Source: an uncultured Clostridia bacterium
GTDB taxonomy: Bacteria > Bacillota > Clostridia > Oscillospirales > Acutalibacteraceae
Assembly (NCBI GenBank): GCA_947170465.1
Contig: CAMVTS010000001.1
Span: 3,664 to 67,663 of the forward strand
Length of the DNA: 64,000 bases
Direction of reading: 5' to 3'
The notes beneath the pieces were generated by a model. That model was not told the DNA's origin. It did not search any database and saw nothing but the letters and a program-made list of their open reading frames with translations. The position numbers were made by a program, and so were the translations under genes. Shown piece after piece: positions 8,868 to 17,313 of this stretch; the first letter of the stretch is position 1; each line of letters opens with the position of its first letter.

Positions 8868-10049
8868 ATGAAATTTATTGAAAAACCAAACGAGGGCTAT
8901 CACCTCTACAATCGCTTTTCAGCGGACTTCACCGATGATACTGTCAGGCTCAATAACCGGGATTATCCTTTGGGAACGGTAAGCCGTATGGTAACCAACA
9001 TTTCCGCCGATGATATGACAGAACTGCTCTTGCTCGGCGGAAAGGTTAAGTTTTGTTATGAAGCGATACATTTTTACGGCTACAGCCGTGAACGCTATTC
9101 CGCTCAACAGCAATCTATTTTGGAGATGCTTGAGTGTATGAAAAAGCACGAGATATTTGGCTGTTTTGACTTTGAAGAATCTAAGAAACTGATAGACAGC
9201 GTCTATTCTTCTGACGCTCTTGATAGGTATGATGAAATTTTAGAAATAGAGCCGCCGTTTTCGGATGAACAAAAATACAGAATCGAGGAGATTAAAAAGT
9301 GGTTTGATTACGCAAAGGTTCTCGGCGCTGTTTACGCATACATAGCGATAGATACGGCGAATTTTGCGACGGCTGTTCAAAACTACACTCAGAATTTAAT
9401 GGAGAAAGGTTCACGCCAAAAATCCGAGCTTGCGAAAACCGCTTTTGAGCTTTTTAACGATGAGCTGTTTATGTGTTATATGTATCAGTCAAATCCCGCG
9501 GAAAATACAATGCGCGGATTCTCTGTCAACTCTGTCCAGACGGTTTCGCCCGTCATAGACAACAAAGATGATGATTACAAAATACTTCGCCGAATATATT
9601 TCAGCCGTATGATGGACTTTTATGTAATGGATTTGTTCGAGGCACTCAGCCACGGTCATTATCTTTGGCAGTGTAAAATTTGCGGACGGTACTTTTTGAT
9701 GACGACCGCGCACAAACAGCTTTATTGTGACGAGGTTAACCCCGAATACAATGTTCCCTGCAAATACATTGCCAAGCATCCTGAAATAACAAAGCAGAAA
9801 ATGGAATCTCAAAAGAAAACAGCGACCCCGATTTATTTGCTATGGAAGCGCAGAGATAGTTTTATCAGAAAAAGAAAAAGCCGCGGCAAATACAGTGAAT
9901 CTGAATTTGCTGCAGCGAAGATGTATATTAATGACTGCTATGAAAAATCACAGCTTGATTTTGAATACGCAAAAGATCAATATGAAAAGGATATGGATAT
10001 AAAAGTGATTGACCGGGAGGTGCGGAAAGCAAGCGATGTACAAGCTTAA
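8868..10049 (+). CDS. hypothetical protein with zinc-ribbon-like Cys cluster (element regulatory module)
   Basis: 393 aa from the RBS-supported ATG 8868 (track start 8847). Contains WQCKICGRYF...LYCDEVNPEYNVPCKY. No enzymatic motif recognised. Confidence 0.6.
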   Translation: MKFIEKPNEGYHLYNRFSADFTDDTVRLNNRDYPLGTVSRMVTNISADDMTELLLLGGKVKFCYEAIHFYGYSRERYSAQQQSILEMLECMKKHEIFGCFDFEESKKLIDSVYSSDALDRYDEILEIEPPFSDEQKYRIEEIKKWFDYAKVLGAVYAYIAIDTANFATAVQNYTQNLMEKGSRQKSELAKTAFELFNDELFMCYMYQSNPAENTMRGFSVNSVQTVSPVIDNKDDDYKILRRIYFSRMMDFYVMDLFEALSHGHYLWQCKICGRYFLMTTAHKQLYCDEVNPEYNVPCKYIAKHPEITKQKMESQKKTATPIYLLWKRRDSFIRKRKSRGKYSESEFAAAKMYINDCYEKSQLDFEYAKDQYEKDMDIKVIDREVRKASDVQA

Positions 10050-10848
10050 CTACACGCCGATAAAGCTTGATAATTTTAATGATTACTTTGTTCGTTACAA
10101 GGAGAATAAGGATACTTATTTAATTAATGAATTTCTACATTTTTATGAATCTGTTTTGGAGAGGAAAATATTTAAATTCTGCAAGCTATACGGGATTGCG
10201 CATGATAGAGCTGAGGATTTGAAGCAGATATTCGTAGTTCTGTTGTTGGAGGAGCTGCAAGACTACAAGTCAAAAATACCTGTGCTGCAGCTGATAAAAT
10301 ACAAGGTTCTCGACGCCTGGCACGATTATGTGAGAACAAACTGCGGCAATGTTGCGGTCGATAACGCGAATAACTACAAAACGATTAGAAAGGTTGCTTT
10401 CTTATATTACCGCCAAGCAAAGGAAAAACCTTTTGATGAGTTGGTTTCGGAAATAGCAAAGGAGCTGAATATCTCTGAATCCAACGTTAGAAAATGTATT
10501 CTCGCGTCAGAGCGGTTTAAGCAGGATTTCAATTTGGATATTGATGATCAGGCAAACGAGCAGGCGTTTTACTCTCAGGTATCGCAGAAAGATTTATCTA
10601 CGCTATCTCCCGAAAAATACTTTTTCAGAAATCAACAATGCTATGATTTGTGCGAGGCGCTTCAAAGCCTGAAAGCGAAGGACAGAAAGCTGATAGAGCT
10701 TGTGTTCGGTATCTGTCCTTCTTGTCTTATGGACAAGAAAAGAAAGACCTTGCGTGAAGCCTCTCTTTTACTCGGCTTAACTGAAAGCGGCGCGGAGCAA
10801 AAGCTGAAAAGGATTCTTAAAAAGTTAAGAGCCGCACTGCAAAACTAA
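10036..10848 (+). CDS. sigma-70 family RNA polymerase sigma factor (mobile-element encoded)
   Basis: C-terminal region-4 HTH KTLREASLLLGLTESGAEQKLKRILKKLR. ATG 10036 overlaps the upstream stop by 14 nt (track start 10009). Confidence 0.75.
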   Translation: MYKLNYTPIKLDNFNDYFVRYKENKDTYLINEFLHFYESVLERKIFKFCKLYGIAHDRAEDLKQIFVVLLLEELQDYKSKIPVLQLIKYKVLDAWHDYVRTNCGNVAVDNANNYKTIRKVAFLYYRQAKEKPFDELVSEIAKELNISESNVRKCILASERFKQDFNLDIDDQANEQAFYSQVSQKDLSTLSPEKYFFRNQQCYDLCEALQSLKAKDRKLIELVFGICPSCLMDKKRKTLREASLLLGLTESGAEQKLKRILKKLRAALQN

Positions 10849-10886
10849 AGGCTATGGAAACAGTTGCGATTTGTTTCCATAGCCTT
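10848..10886 (+). terminator. hairpin after the sigma gene
   Basis: aaggctatggaaaca-gttgcgat-tgtttccatagcctt, a perfect 15-bp stem. The T-tract (caatttt) is weak. Confidence 0.45.
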
Positions 10887-10996
10887 CAATTTTGCCCCAC
10901 AAACCGCGACAAATCGGCTGTGTGGGCTTTGTTCGGCTTGTTCGGGTTACGGATGCGAACTTTTAATTCGCGCGACACGGGGCAAAATTTCGCTTA

Positions 10997-11266
10997 TTAT
11001 TTTTTGTCGCTCATAGCGTCAATCATCAGTCTGACAGCTAAAGAAAACCCCCGAACAAACGCGTCGCGTTCGCCGAGGTTCATAAGCTCTGTGTAATTGT
11101 CTTTAATTTTTTCAAGTATCGCTTTCTGATGTTCTGTCAACGTTGCGGATAACTCTTGTTCATGACGGATTACCAGCTTTGCGGTAACGTCATACTCACT
11201 GCCGCGCTCCACTTCATATTCGTGCGGAGCGATGTTGCCGTAGTATAGATTTTCCAGTGTTGTCAT
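10997..11266 (-). CDS. small helical hypothetical protein (89 aa)
   Basis: MTTLENLYYGNIAPHEYE... with RBS AGGTGAG before ATG 11266 (track start 11290). From memory, similar small proteins accompany sigma/HTH genes on clostridial elements; this is unverified. Confidence 0.5.
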   Translation of the reverse strand: MTTLENLYYGNIAPHEYEVERGSEYDVTAKLVIRHEQELSATLTEHQKAILEKIKDNYTELMNLGERDAFVRGFSLAVRLMIDAMSDKK

Positions 11267-11384
11267 TACGCTCACCTGCCTTTCAAGCACAACAACATAC
11301 CACAGTTTGTTTGGAAAGTCCAGAGATACACCAAATAAGTATAACTAATAGTTATATTTATATAAGTATTCAATCAAAAACAAA

Positions 11385-11412
11385 ACTGACACCCCTCGAA
11401 AAGAGATGTCAG
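11385..11412. terminator. bidirectional terminator hairpin downstream of the P-type ATPase
   Basis: actgaca-cccctcgaaaagaga-tgtcagt, flanked by an A-run and a T-run. Confidence 0.5.
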
Positions 11413-11503
11413 TATTTTGCTTAATTATTTAATTCTTCCATAGCACGCCGTTTTTGTGTTGTCTACACAATTTGGGGCGGTTCATTGATCGGCAGGCGTT
11501 TTT

Positions 11504-13579
11504 CTATATCAATTTTTTTGTACTTAACAATCCGATCCCAAGCGTTGAGGCGTTGTGCAGCGTTGCGGTCGTGGTCGGCTGTGCCAAGCCTCCGACTCCC
11601 AGCGCTATCAGACCGCCGTTCACGGAGATGATCGAGCGGAAATTTCTGCCGATGCGCTTCATCATAGCGGTGCTGAGTTTTCTCAGCGTGATGATACTGC
11701 CCAAATCGTTTTCGGATATCGTGATGTCTGCGATCTCCCTTGCAATCGCCGCGCCGTTGGAAATGGCGATACCCACATCGGCAGAAGAAAGCGCGGGCGA
11801 ATCGTTTACACCGTCGCCAATCATCACCACCGTATTGCCCTTTGCTTTTTCACTTAATACAAAATGAGCTTTTTCTTCGGGCAAAACCTCCGCGTAGAAA
11901 CGGTCGACGCCGACTCTTTCGGCGATCGCCTTTGCCGTATGCTTGCTGTCGCCCGTCATCATCACGATATTGTCAAAACCAAGCTCCTTGAGCTGCTTCA
12001 CGACGGCGGGTGCTTCTTCTCTGAGCGGATCTTCGATGCAAATGACCGCTGCAAGCCAGCCGTTAATGGACAAATACAGCCTTGAAAATTCGCTTGAGAT
12101 CGCAAGCAGTTTTTTCTCTGTTCCGAGCGGTACAGCGGAGCCCTTATCCTCAAAAACAAAGTGATAGCTGCCGATCAATACCTCGGCGCCGTCGATCGTG
12201 GATTTAACGCCGTGCGCCACCACATACTCGACCTTCGTATGCATTTCGTCGTGCTTCAATCCTTTTTCAGCCGCCGCACGGACGACAGCATTGGCGATAG
12301 AGTGCGGGAAATGCTCTTCCAAACACGCTGCGATACGCAGCAGCTCGTCGGGCGTTTTGTCGCAGAAGGACACGACGCTGTGTACAGTGGGGTTTGCCTC
12401 GGTGAGCGTTCCGGTTTTGTCAAAAACGATCGTGTTCGCAGCAGCGACTTTTTCAAGGAACTTGCCGCCCTTGACTGTGATACCGTAGGCGTTTGCCTCC
12501 CTGATCGCGGATAAAACCGTTACGGGCATAGCAAGCTTTAATGCGCAGGAAAAATCGACCATCAGCACGGACAGCGCTTTGGTTGTATTGCGCGCCAACA
12601 GCCATACCAGCGCTGTTCCGAGGAAGGTAAACGGCACAAGCCTGTCGGCAAGATGTTCCGCCCTGCTTTCTACATTCGATTTCAGCTTTTCCGTTTCTTC
12701 GATCATCGAAACGATTTTATCGTAGCGGGTCGAGCCGGAATTCTGCGTGACGCGGATTGTCAGCTCACCTTCTTCGATCACGGTCCCGGCGTAGACGGTC
12801 GCGCCGGCGTTTCTGCGTACAGGCACGCCTTCTCCCGTAAGCGTCGATTGATTTACCATCGCTTCGCCGCCGCTGACAGTACCGTCAAAGGGAATCATAC
12901 TTCCGGCGTTGACAATGATCTCGTTGCCGGATTGGATTTCCGACGACTTGACCAAAACAGGTTGTCCGCCCGTTTTCAGCCAAACTTTTCCGACATTCAA
13001 AGACATACTGCCTGCCAAATCACTGATGCTTTTCTTGTGCGTCCAGCCCTCCAATATCTCGCCGATCTCCAGCAGGAACATCACCGAGCCGGCAGTTTTG
13101 AAATCGCGTCTAATCAGCGAAACCGTGATGGCTGTCGCGTCCAAAACAGAGACCTCCAGCTTGCCCTTTGACAGACACCTTAGTGCTTTCCAAATATACC
13201 GCGCGGCTTTGACGGCGAGGATAGCGATACGGATATAGCGCGGAATGAAAAACCGCCTTAAATACTGTCCTGCGATTTTCCGCAACAGCTTGCCTGTGTA
13301 TTCCTGCCGCAGTTCTCTTGCTGCCATTACGGACGTGAGCGCGTGTTCGGGAATCACTGATGTATCGGGCTCTGTCTGACACAGGAGTTTGATCGCATCC
13401 TCTTTGCTGCCAAAATATTCGATCATCAAATCGTTTGTCGCAGGATAAACCTTACAGCGCTTGATTTGACGGTCGGCGTTCAGTACGCAAAAGAGCTTAT
13501 CAAAATCCTGCTGACTATACCGATTCAGAATATGTATCCTGAGCCGTCCGCGTATCTCGTGCAGTATTTTAAATTTCAT
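11504..13579 (-). CDS. heavy-metal (P1B-type) P-type ATPase with SCA transmembrane motif
   Basis: 691 aa. DKTGTLT, MMTGDSKHTA and GDGVNDSPAL are present. The TM metal motif is S-C-A (codons 12550..12542, TCC TGC GCA) instead of CPC. The N-terminal HMA-like fold lacks CxxC. Confidence 0.9.
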   Translation of the reverse strand: MKFKILHEIRGRLRIHILNRYSQQDFDKLFCVLNADRQIKRCKVYPATNDLMIEYFGSKEDAIKLLCQTEPDTSVIPEHALTSVMAARELRQEYTGKLLRKIAGQYLRRFFIPRYIRIAILAVKAARYIWKALRCLSKGKLEVSVLDATAITVSLIRRDFKTAGSVMFLLEIGEILEGWTHKKSISDLAGSMSLNVGKVWLKTGGQPVLVKSSEIQSGNEIIVNAGSMIPFDGTVSGGEAMVNQSTLTGEGVPVRRNAGATVYAGTVIEEGELTIRVTQNSGSTRYDKIVSMIEETEKLKSNVESRAEHLADRLVPFTFLGTALVWLLARNTTKALSVLMVDFSCALKLAMPVTVLSAIREANAYGITVKGGKFLEKVAAANTIVFDKTGTLTEANPTVHSVVSFCDKTPDELLRIAACLEEHFPHSIANAVVRAAAEKGLKHDEMHTKVEYVVAHGVKSTIDGAEVLIGSYHFVFEDKGSAVPLGTEKKLLAISSEFSRLYLSINGWLAAVICIEDPLREEAPAVVKQLKELGFDNIVMMTGDSKHTAKAIAERVGVDRFYAEVLPEEKAHFVLSEKAKGNTVVMIGDGVNDSPALSSADVGIAISNGAAIAREIADITISENDLGSIITLRKLSTAMMKRIGRNFRSIISVNGGLIALGVGGLAQPTTTATLHNASTLGIGLLSTKKLI

Positions 13580-13907
13580 TTTCTTCTGTCGACTCGACCG
13601 TCTTTTCGGGTTCGGACTCTACGGTTTTTTTAGATTCAGTCACGACGGGCATTTCAGGTTCGGACTCTACGGGATTTTCGCTTTCCTCGCGTTCAAGATT
13701 GATTTGCTTTGCCTCGGCATAAATATCCTCGGCGTTTTCCTGAACCTTAGTCACAGTTTCCATAACGCTTTTTTTGGCTCTCAGCGCTGCGGCGGTGCAA
13801 TGGGTATATGCTTTTTTTGCGTCTCTGCTTGATAACGCTTTGATTCCCGCTGTACCGAACAACACGCCTCCAAAGAATATCAATGCGCCTTTTCCTAATG
13901 ATGTCAT
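13569..13907 (-). CDS. YtxH-like membrane-anchored protein with acidic repeat tail
   Basis: 112 aa. N-terminal TM GALIFFGGVLFGTAGI, then a helical region, then a VESEPE x2 tail. RBS AAGGAGG. Overlaps the ATPase start by 11 nt. Confidence 0.6.
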   Translation of the reverse strand: MTSLGKGALIFFGGVLFGTAGIKALSSRDAKKAYTHCTAAALRAKKSVMETVTKVQENAEDIYAEAKQINLEREESENPVESEPEMPVVTESKKTVESEPEKTVESTEENEI

Positions 13908-13920
13908 AATATGTTCCTCC

Positions 13921-14010
13921 TTATTTATGTTTATAGCCTGTGATGAACGTCATTGCCATACATACGACGGCTGCAAATGCCCAGAATTTGTGTTGTTTCA
14001 TTCGATCCAT
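13921..14010 (-). CDS. candidate single-TM micropeptide (26-29 aa), first gene of the ATPase operon
   Basis: My translation: M(DRM)KQHKFWAFAAVVCMAMTFITGYKHK. RBS AAAGGATGG. Below the ORF-track cutoff. Confidence 0.4.
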   Translation of the reverse strand: MDRMKQHKFWAFAAVVCMAMTFITGYKHK

Positions 14011-14026
14011 CCTTTCTACTCTAAAA

Positions 14027-14115
14027 GTTAGCCACAGCTAACCTGTGCTGAAAAAAATAAAAAATCAAGTTTGATTTCCTTAATTATTATATAATAAACA
14101 GCTTGCTTTTGTCAA
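14027..14115 (-). promoter_or_regulatory. regulatory module copy A: TTGACA-18-TATAAT promoter, short stem-loop + U-tract, GTTAGC-N4-GCTAAC palindrome
   Basis: -35 at 14115..14110, -10 at 14091..14086, hairpin at 14062-14077, palindrome gttagccacagctaacct at 14027-14044. Homologous to 23917-24006. Confidence 0.5.
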
Positions 14116-14127
14116 TGGAATTGTTGA

Positions 14128-14170
14128 TAAAAAAGCAAAAACGCTCAAATCAACAGAGCGTTTTGCTTTT
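14128..14170 (-). terminator. intrinsic terminator of the 9-gene transport operon
   Basis: On the minus strand: aaaagcaaaacgctc-tgttgatttg-agcgtttttgctttttta. Confidence 0.6.
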
Positions 14171-14190
14171 ATCATTATGAGTTGATTGTA

Positions 14191-14976
14191 TTATCCTAAA
14201 GTGATATCCAAGATCATCATTACCGTGAATCCGAGAGCAAACATCAACACGCCGATATTGGAATGCTCTCCCTCTGACATTTCGGGTATCAGCTCCTCCA
14301 CGACGACATAAATCATAGCACCTGCCGCAAAGCTGAGCAAATACGGCATCACGGGAACCATCAGCCCTGAAACCAAAATTGTTATCAATGCGCCGATCGG
14401 CTCTACCGCTCCCGACAGCACGCCGCCGAAGAACGAAAAAGTCTTGCTTTTTCCCTCTGCGTGAAGCGGCATAGAAATTATAGCTCCCTCGGGAACATTT
14501 TGTATTGCTATTCCCAGAGCGAGCGCCAGCGCGCTGCCTGCGGATATTTCAGCTGAGCCTGAGATCAAGCCCGCGTATATCACACCGACCGCCATACCCT
14601 CGGGAATGTTATGCAGCGTAACCGCAAGCAAGAGCATTGTGGTTTTAGCCAGCTTGCTTTTGTGTCCCTCAGCTTTATCGGCGAACATATGCAGATGCGG
14701 TATTGTTTTATCAAGTATCAATAAAAACAGCGTTCCTATCCAGAATCCGGTAACGGCGGGTACAAACGAGAGCGCTCCCATTGAGCTGCTCTGCTCAATG
14801 GCAGGGATCAGCAGGCTCCAAACGGAAGCCGCCGTCATAATGCCTGCCGCAAAGCCCGTTAAGGCGCGCTGAACGCTTCGCCCGAGCTGCTTTTTCATAA
14901 AGAACACAAACGCCGCGCCTAAAGACGTGCCGATAAACGGTATTAAAATACCGAAAGTTACCGATAAACCCATCAT
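14191..14976 (-). CDS. ZIP-family metal (Zn/Fe) transporter
   Basis: 261 aa. HNIPEGMAVG and QNVPEGAIISMPL motifs. Confidence 0.85.
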   Translation of the reverse strand: MMGLSVTFGILIPFIGTSLGAAFVFFMKKQLGRSVQRALTGFAAGIMTAASVWSLLIPAIEQSSSMGALSFVPAVTGFWIGTLFLLILDKTIPHLHMFADKAEGHKSKLAKTTMLLLAVTLHNIPEGMAVGVIYAGLISGSAEISAGSALALALGIAIQNVPEGAIISMPLHAEGKSKTFSFFGGVLSGAVEPIGALITILVSGLMVPVMPYLLSFAAGAMIYVVVEELIPEMSEGEHSNIGVLMFALGFTVMMILDITLG

Positions 14977-14986
14977 TTTTCTCCGC

Positions 14987-15586
14987 TTATTTAATAATGA
15001 TCGCTACCGCGCAGGGAACGCGGCCTTGTATCAGAGTCGTTTTTATATCACGGTAGCCCGCTTTTTCAAAAAACGCGCGGTAATTGGAATATGTAAATTG
15101 CTGTTTGAAATCCGCTCCGGCTTTACCGATCACGTTAACTACGCCGCCTGTTTTTCCGGTCTTTTCCTTGTTGACATAGGTCGGGATAATCAGCTTGCCG
15201 CCCGTTTTGCAAACTCTATTCAACTCAGCAAGCGCCTTATACGGTTGATCCAGTAAATGAATGACGTTTGCGGCAACAACGGTATCAAACGATTCGTCCG
15301 CGTAATCAAGCGATGTGATATCCGCTTTTTGAAATGTGACATTTGTAAATGCACTGCACTTCTTTTTTGCTTGTTTCAGCATCCCTTCCGAAAAATCGGT
15401 GGCTGTTAAAGATTTGCATACAGGGGCAATCGCTTCGCTTATCATTCCTGTTCCGCAGGCACACTCCAGAACAACGTCGGACTTATAAATACTTTCCGAG
15501 ATCAAAGCACATAATTTGCGGTTGGCTTTTCCGTTATATAAATTTCCAAACAAGTCATATACACCTGCGATTTTGTCCCAAAACAT
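14987..15586 (-). CDS. class I SAM-dependent methyltransferase
   Basis: 199 aa. Motif I VLECACGTGMIS. Confidence 0.8.
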   Translation of the reverse strand: MFWDKIAGVYDLFGNLYNGKANRKLCALISESIYKSDVVLECACGTGMISEAIAPVCKSLTATDFSEGMLKQAKKKCSAFTNVTFQKADITSLDYADESFDTVVAANVIHLLDQPYKALAELNRVCKTGGKLIIPTYVNKEKTGKTGGVVNVIGKAGADFKQQFTYSNYRAFFEKAGYRDIKTTLIQGRVPCAVAIIIK

Positions 15587-15588
15587 AT

Positions 15589-17313
15589 TTACTCCTTCCT
15601 CTGCAAGGATAACATTCTTGTGTAAAAACCATTTCGATTTTTCAGCTCTTTAGGCGCGCCCTGCTCGTCTGATTTGCCGTCCTTGATGACAACTATCTTA
15701 TCCGCTCCCGCGATAGTGCGCATACGGTGAGCGATGATAATAACAGTCTTGTTTTTGATCAAGCGTGAGAGCGACTGCTGTATCAACGTTTCGTTCTCAG
15801 CGTCGAGCGAGGCTGTCGCTTCGTCAAGCAGAATAACGGGAGCGTCCTTAAGGAATGCGCGCGCGATAGAAATTCTCTGGCGTTCGCCGCCGCTGAGCTT
15901 CGCGCCGTTCTCGCCGATGATGGTGTTATAACCGTCGGGCAGGCGTGAGATGAATTCGTCGCAGTTGGCAAGCCTTGCGGCGTTCAGTACCTCCTCGTCG
16001 GTCGCGTCCTTTTTGCCGATACGGATGTTCTCAGTAATCGTGTTATTAAAGAGCGTTACATCCTGAAATACGATGGAGTAGTGTTTCAGCAGAGCTTCGG
16101 GATCGACAGTCGCGATATCCTCGCCGCCGAAGGTGATCCTGCCCTTTGTCACATCCCAGAAACGCGCCGCCAAACGTGAAACCGTTGTCTTGCCGCCGCC
16201 CGAGGGTCCGATCAATGCCGTGACCTCGCCTTGCTTTGCGGTAAAGCTGACGTCATTGAGCACTGTTTCATCGTCGTTGTATTCAAAGCCTACGTTTTTA
16301 AATTCAATATCAAAGCTTTCGGGGGTAAATTCCTGTTTGCCCTCCTGCTTTTTGATGTCGTTCATTTCATTCGTTCGGTCGATATTGACCTGAGCGGCGT
16401 TGAGCGCGCCGAGGTTTATCAGCGTACCCGCCATCGGCTCGTACAGTCTTGATACTACCAGCAGGAACATAAAGAAGGTGATGACCGTTATCTGTCCGCC
16501 GAGAAGCAGCGCGGAGCCGACCAAAGCGGTTGTGGCGATACCGAATTTCAAAAACATCTGCGCGGGCACAACGAACGCCGCTACGCCTAATTCTGCCGCG
16601 ACGGATTTTTTCTCATAGTCGTTGATGATGTCATCCAAGCCGTCGATATATTCCGTTTCCGCGTTATTGCTCTTTAAATCGCGCAGGGCTTCAATAGCCT
16701 CCTGAACGCCATCCTCAAGCCTTACTCTTGTGTCGTTCTTGCTTTTGTTAAAGCGGTTCTGCGTTCTCTTTGACAGCCTGACGGCTAAAAGCGATACAGG
16801 CAGCACCCATACCGAAGCGAGCGCCATTCTCCAATTGAACGCGAAAAGCGATATTGCTATTATAATTGTTGAGATGATCGAGCCGTAATACTGCGCCGCC
16901 TGATGCGAGAAGGTATGCTCGATAACGGTACAGTCGTTTAGAATCGTTGTCGTGAGGTCGCTCAGATTTTTCTTTCCGAAGAACGAAAGAGGCAGCTTCC
17001 TCAGCGTTTCGGCGAGGGTGATCCTGCGCACGCCGCTTTCCTTGTAGGTCGAGAAGAAGGTCGCGTTATACTGCCAATACTGCGTTAGATAAATCAGCAG
17101 AAGCGATACGATTATCCCGGCGATATAAAAGACTATTCTGCCGCTGTTTACGCCGTTGCCGAGCAAATCCTGAGTCAGAAAATAGAGCAATCCTACCGGG
17201 AACATAAGCACCAGATCCGACACCGTGCAGGCGCAGACTGCGCCCAAAAATCCCTTTGCGCCTTCGCGCGACATAGCGTATCTACGCATAATTTTTTCAA
17301 GCATTATTCTCAC
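15589..17313 (-). CDS. ABC transporter permease/ATPase (exporter fold), subunit 2
   Basis: TMD + NBD: GPSGGGKTT, LSGGERQRISIARA, ILLDEATSALD-like. An alternative ATG at 17304 is possible. Confidence 0.9.
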   Translation of the reverse strand: MRIMLEKIMRRYAMSREGAKGFLGAVCACTVSDLVLMFPVGLLYFLTQDLLGNGVNSGRIVFYIAGIIVSLLLIYLTQYWQYNATFFSTYKESGVRRITLAETLRKLPLSFFGKKNLSDLTTTILNDCTVIEHTFSHQAAQYYGSIISTIIIAISLFAFNWRMALASVWVLPVSLLAVRLSKRTQNRFNKSKNDTRVRLEDGVQEAIEALRDLKSNNAETEYIDGLDDIINDYEKKSVAAELGVAAFVVPAQMFLKFGIATTALVGSALLLGGQITVITFFMFLLVVSRLYEPMAGTLINLGALNAAQVNIDRTNEMNDIKKQEGKQEFTPESFDIEFKNVGFEYNDDETVLNDVSFTAKQGEVTALIGPSGGGKTTVSRLAARFWDVTKGRITFGGEDIATVDPEALLKHYSIVFQDVTLFNNTITENIRIGKKDATDEEVLNAARLANCDEFISRLPDGYNTIIGENGAKLSGGERQRISIARAFLKDAPVILLDEATASLDAENETLIQQSLSRLIKNKTVIIIAHRMRTIAGADKIVVIKDGKSDEQGAPKELKNRNGFYTRMLSLQRKE

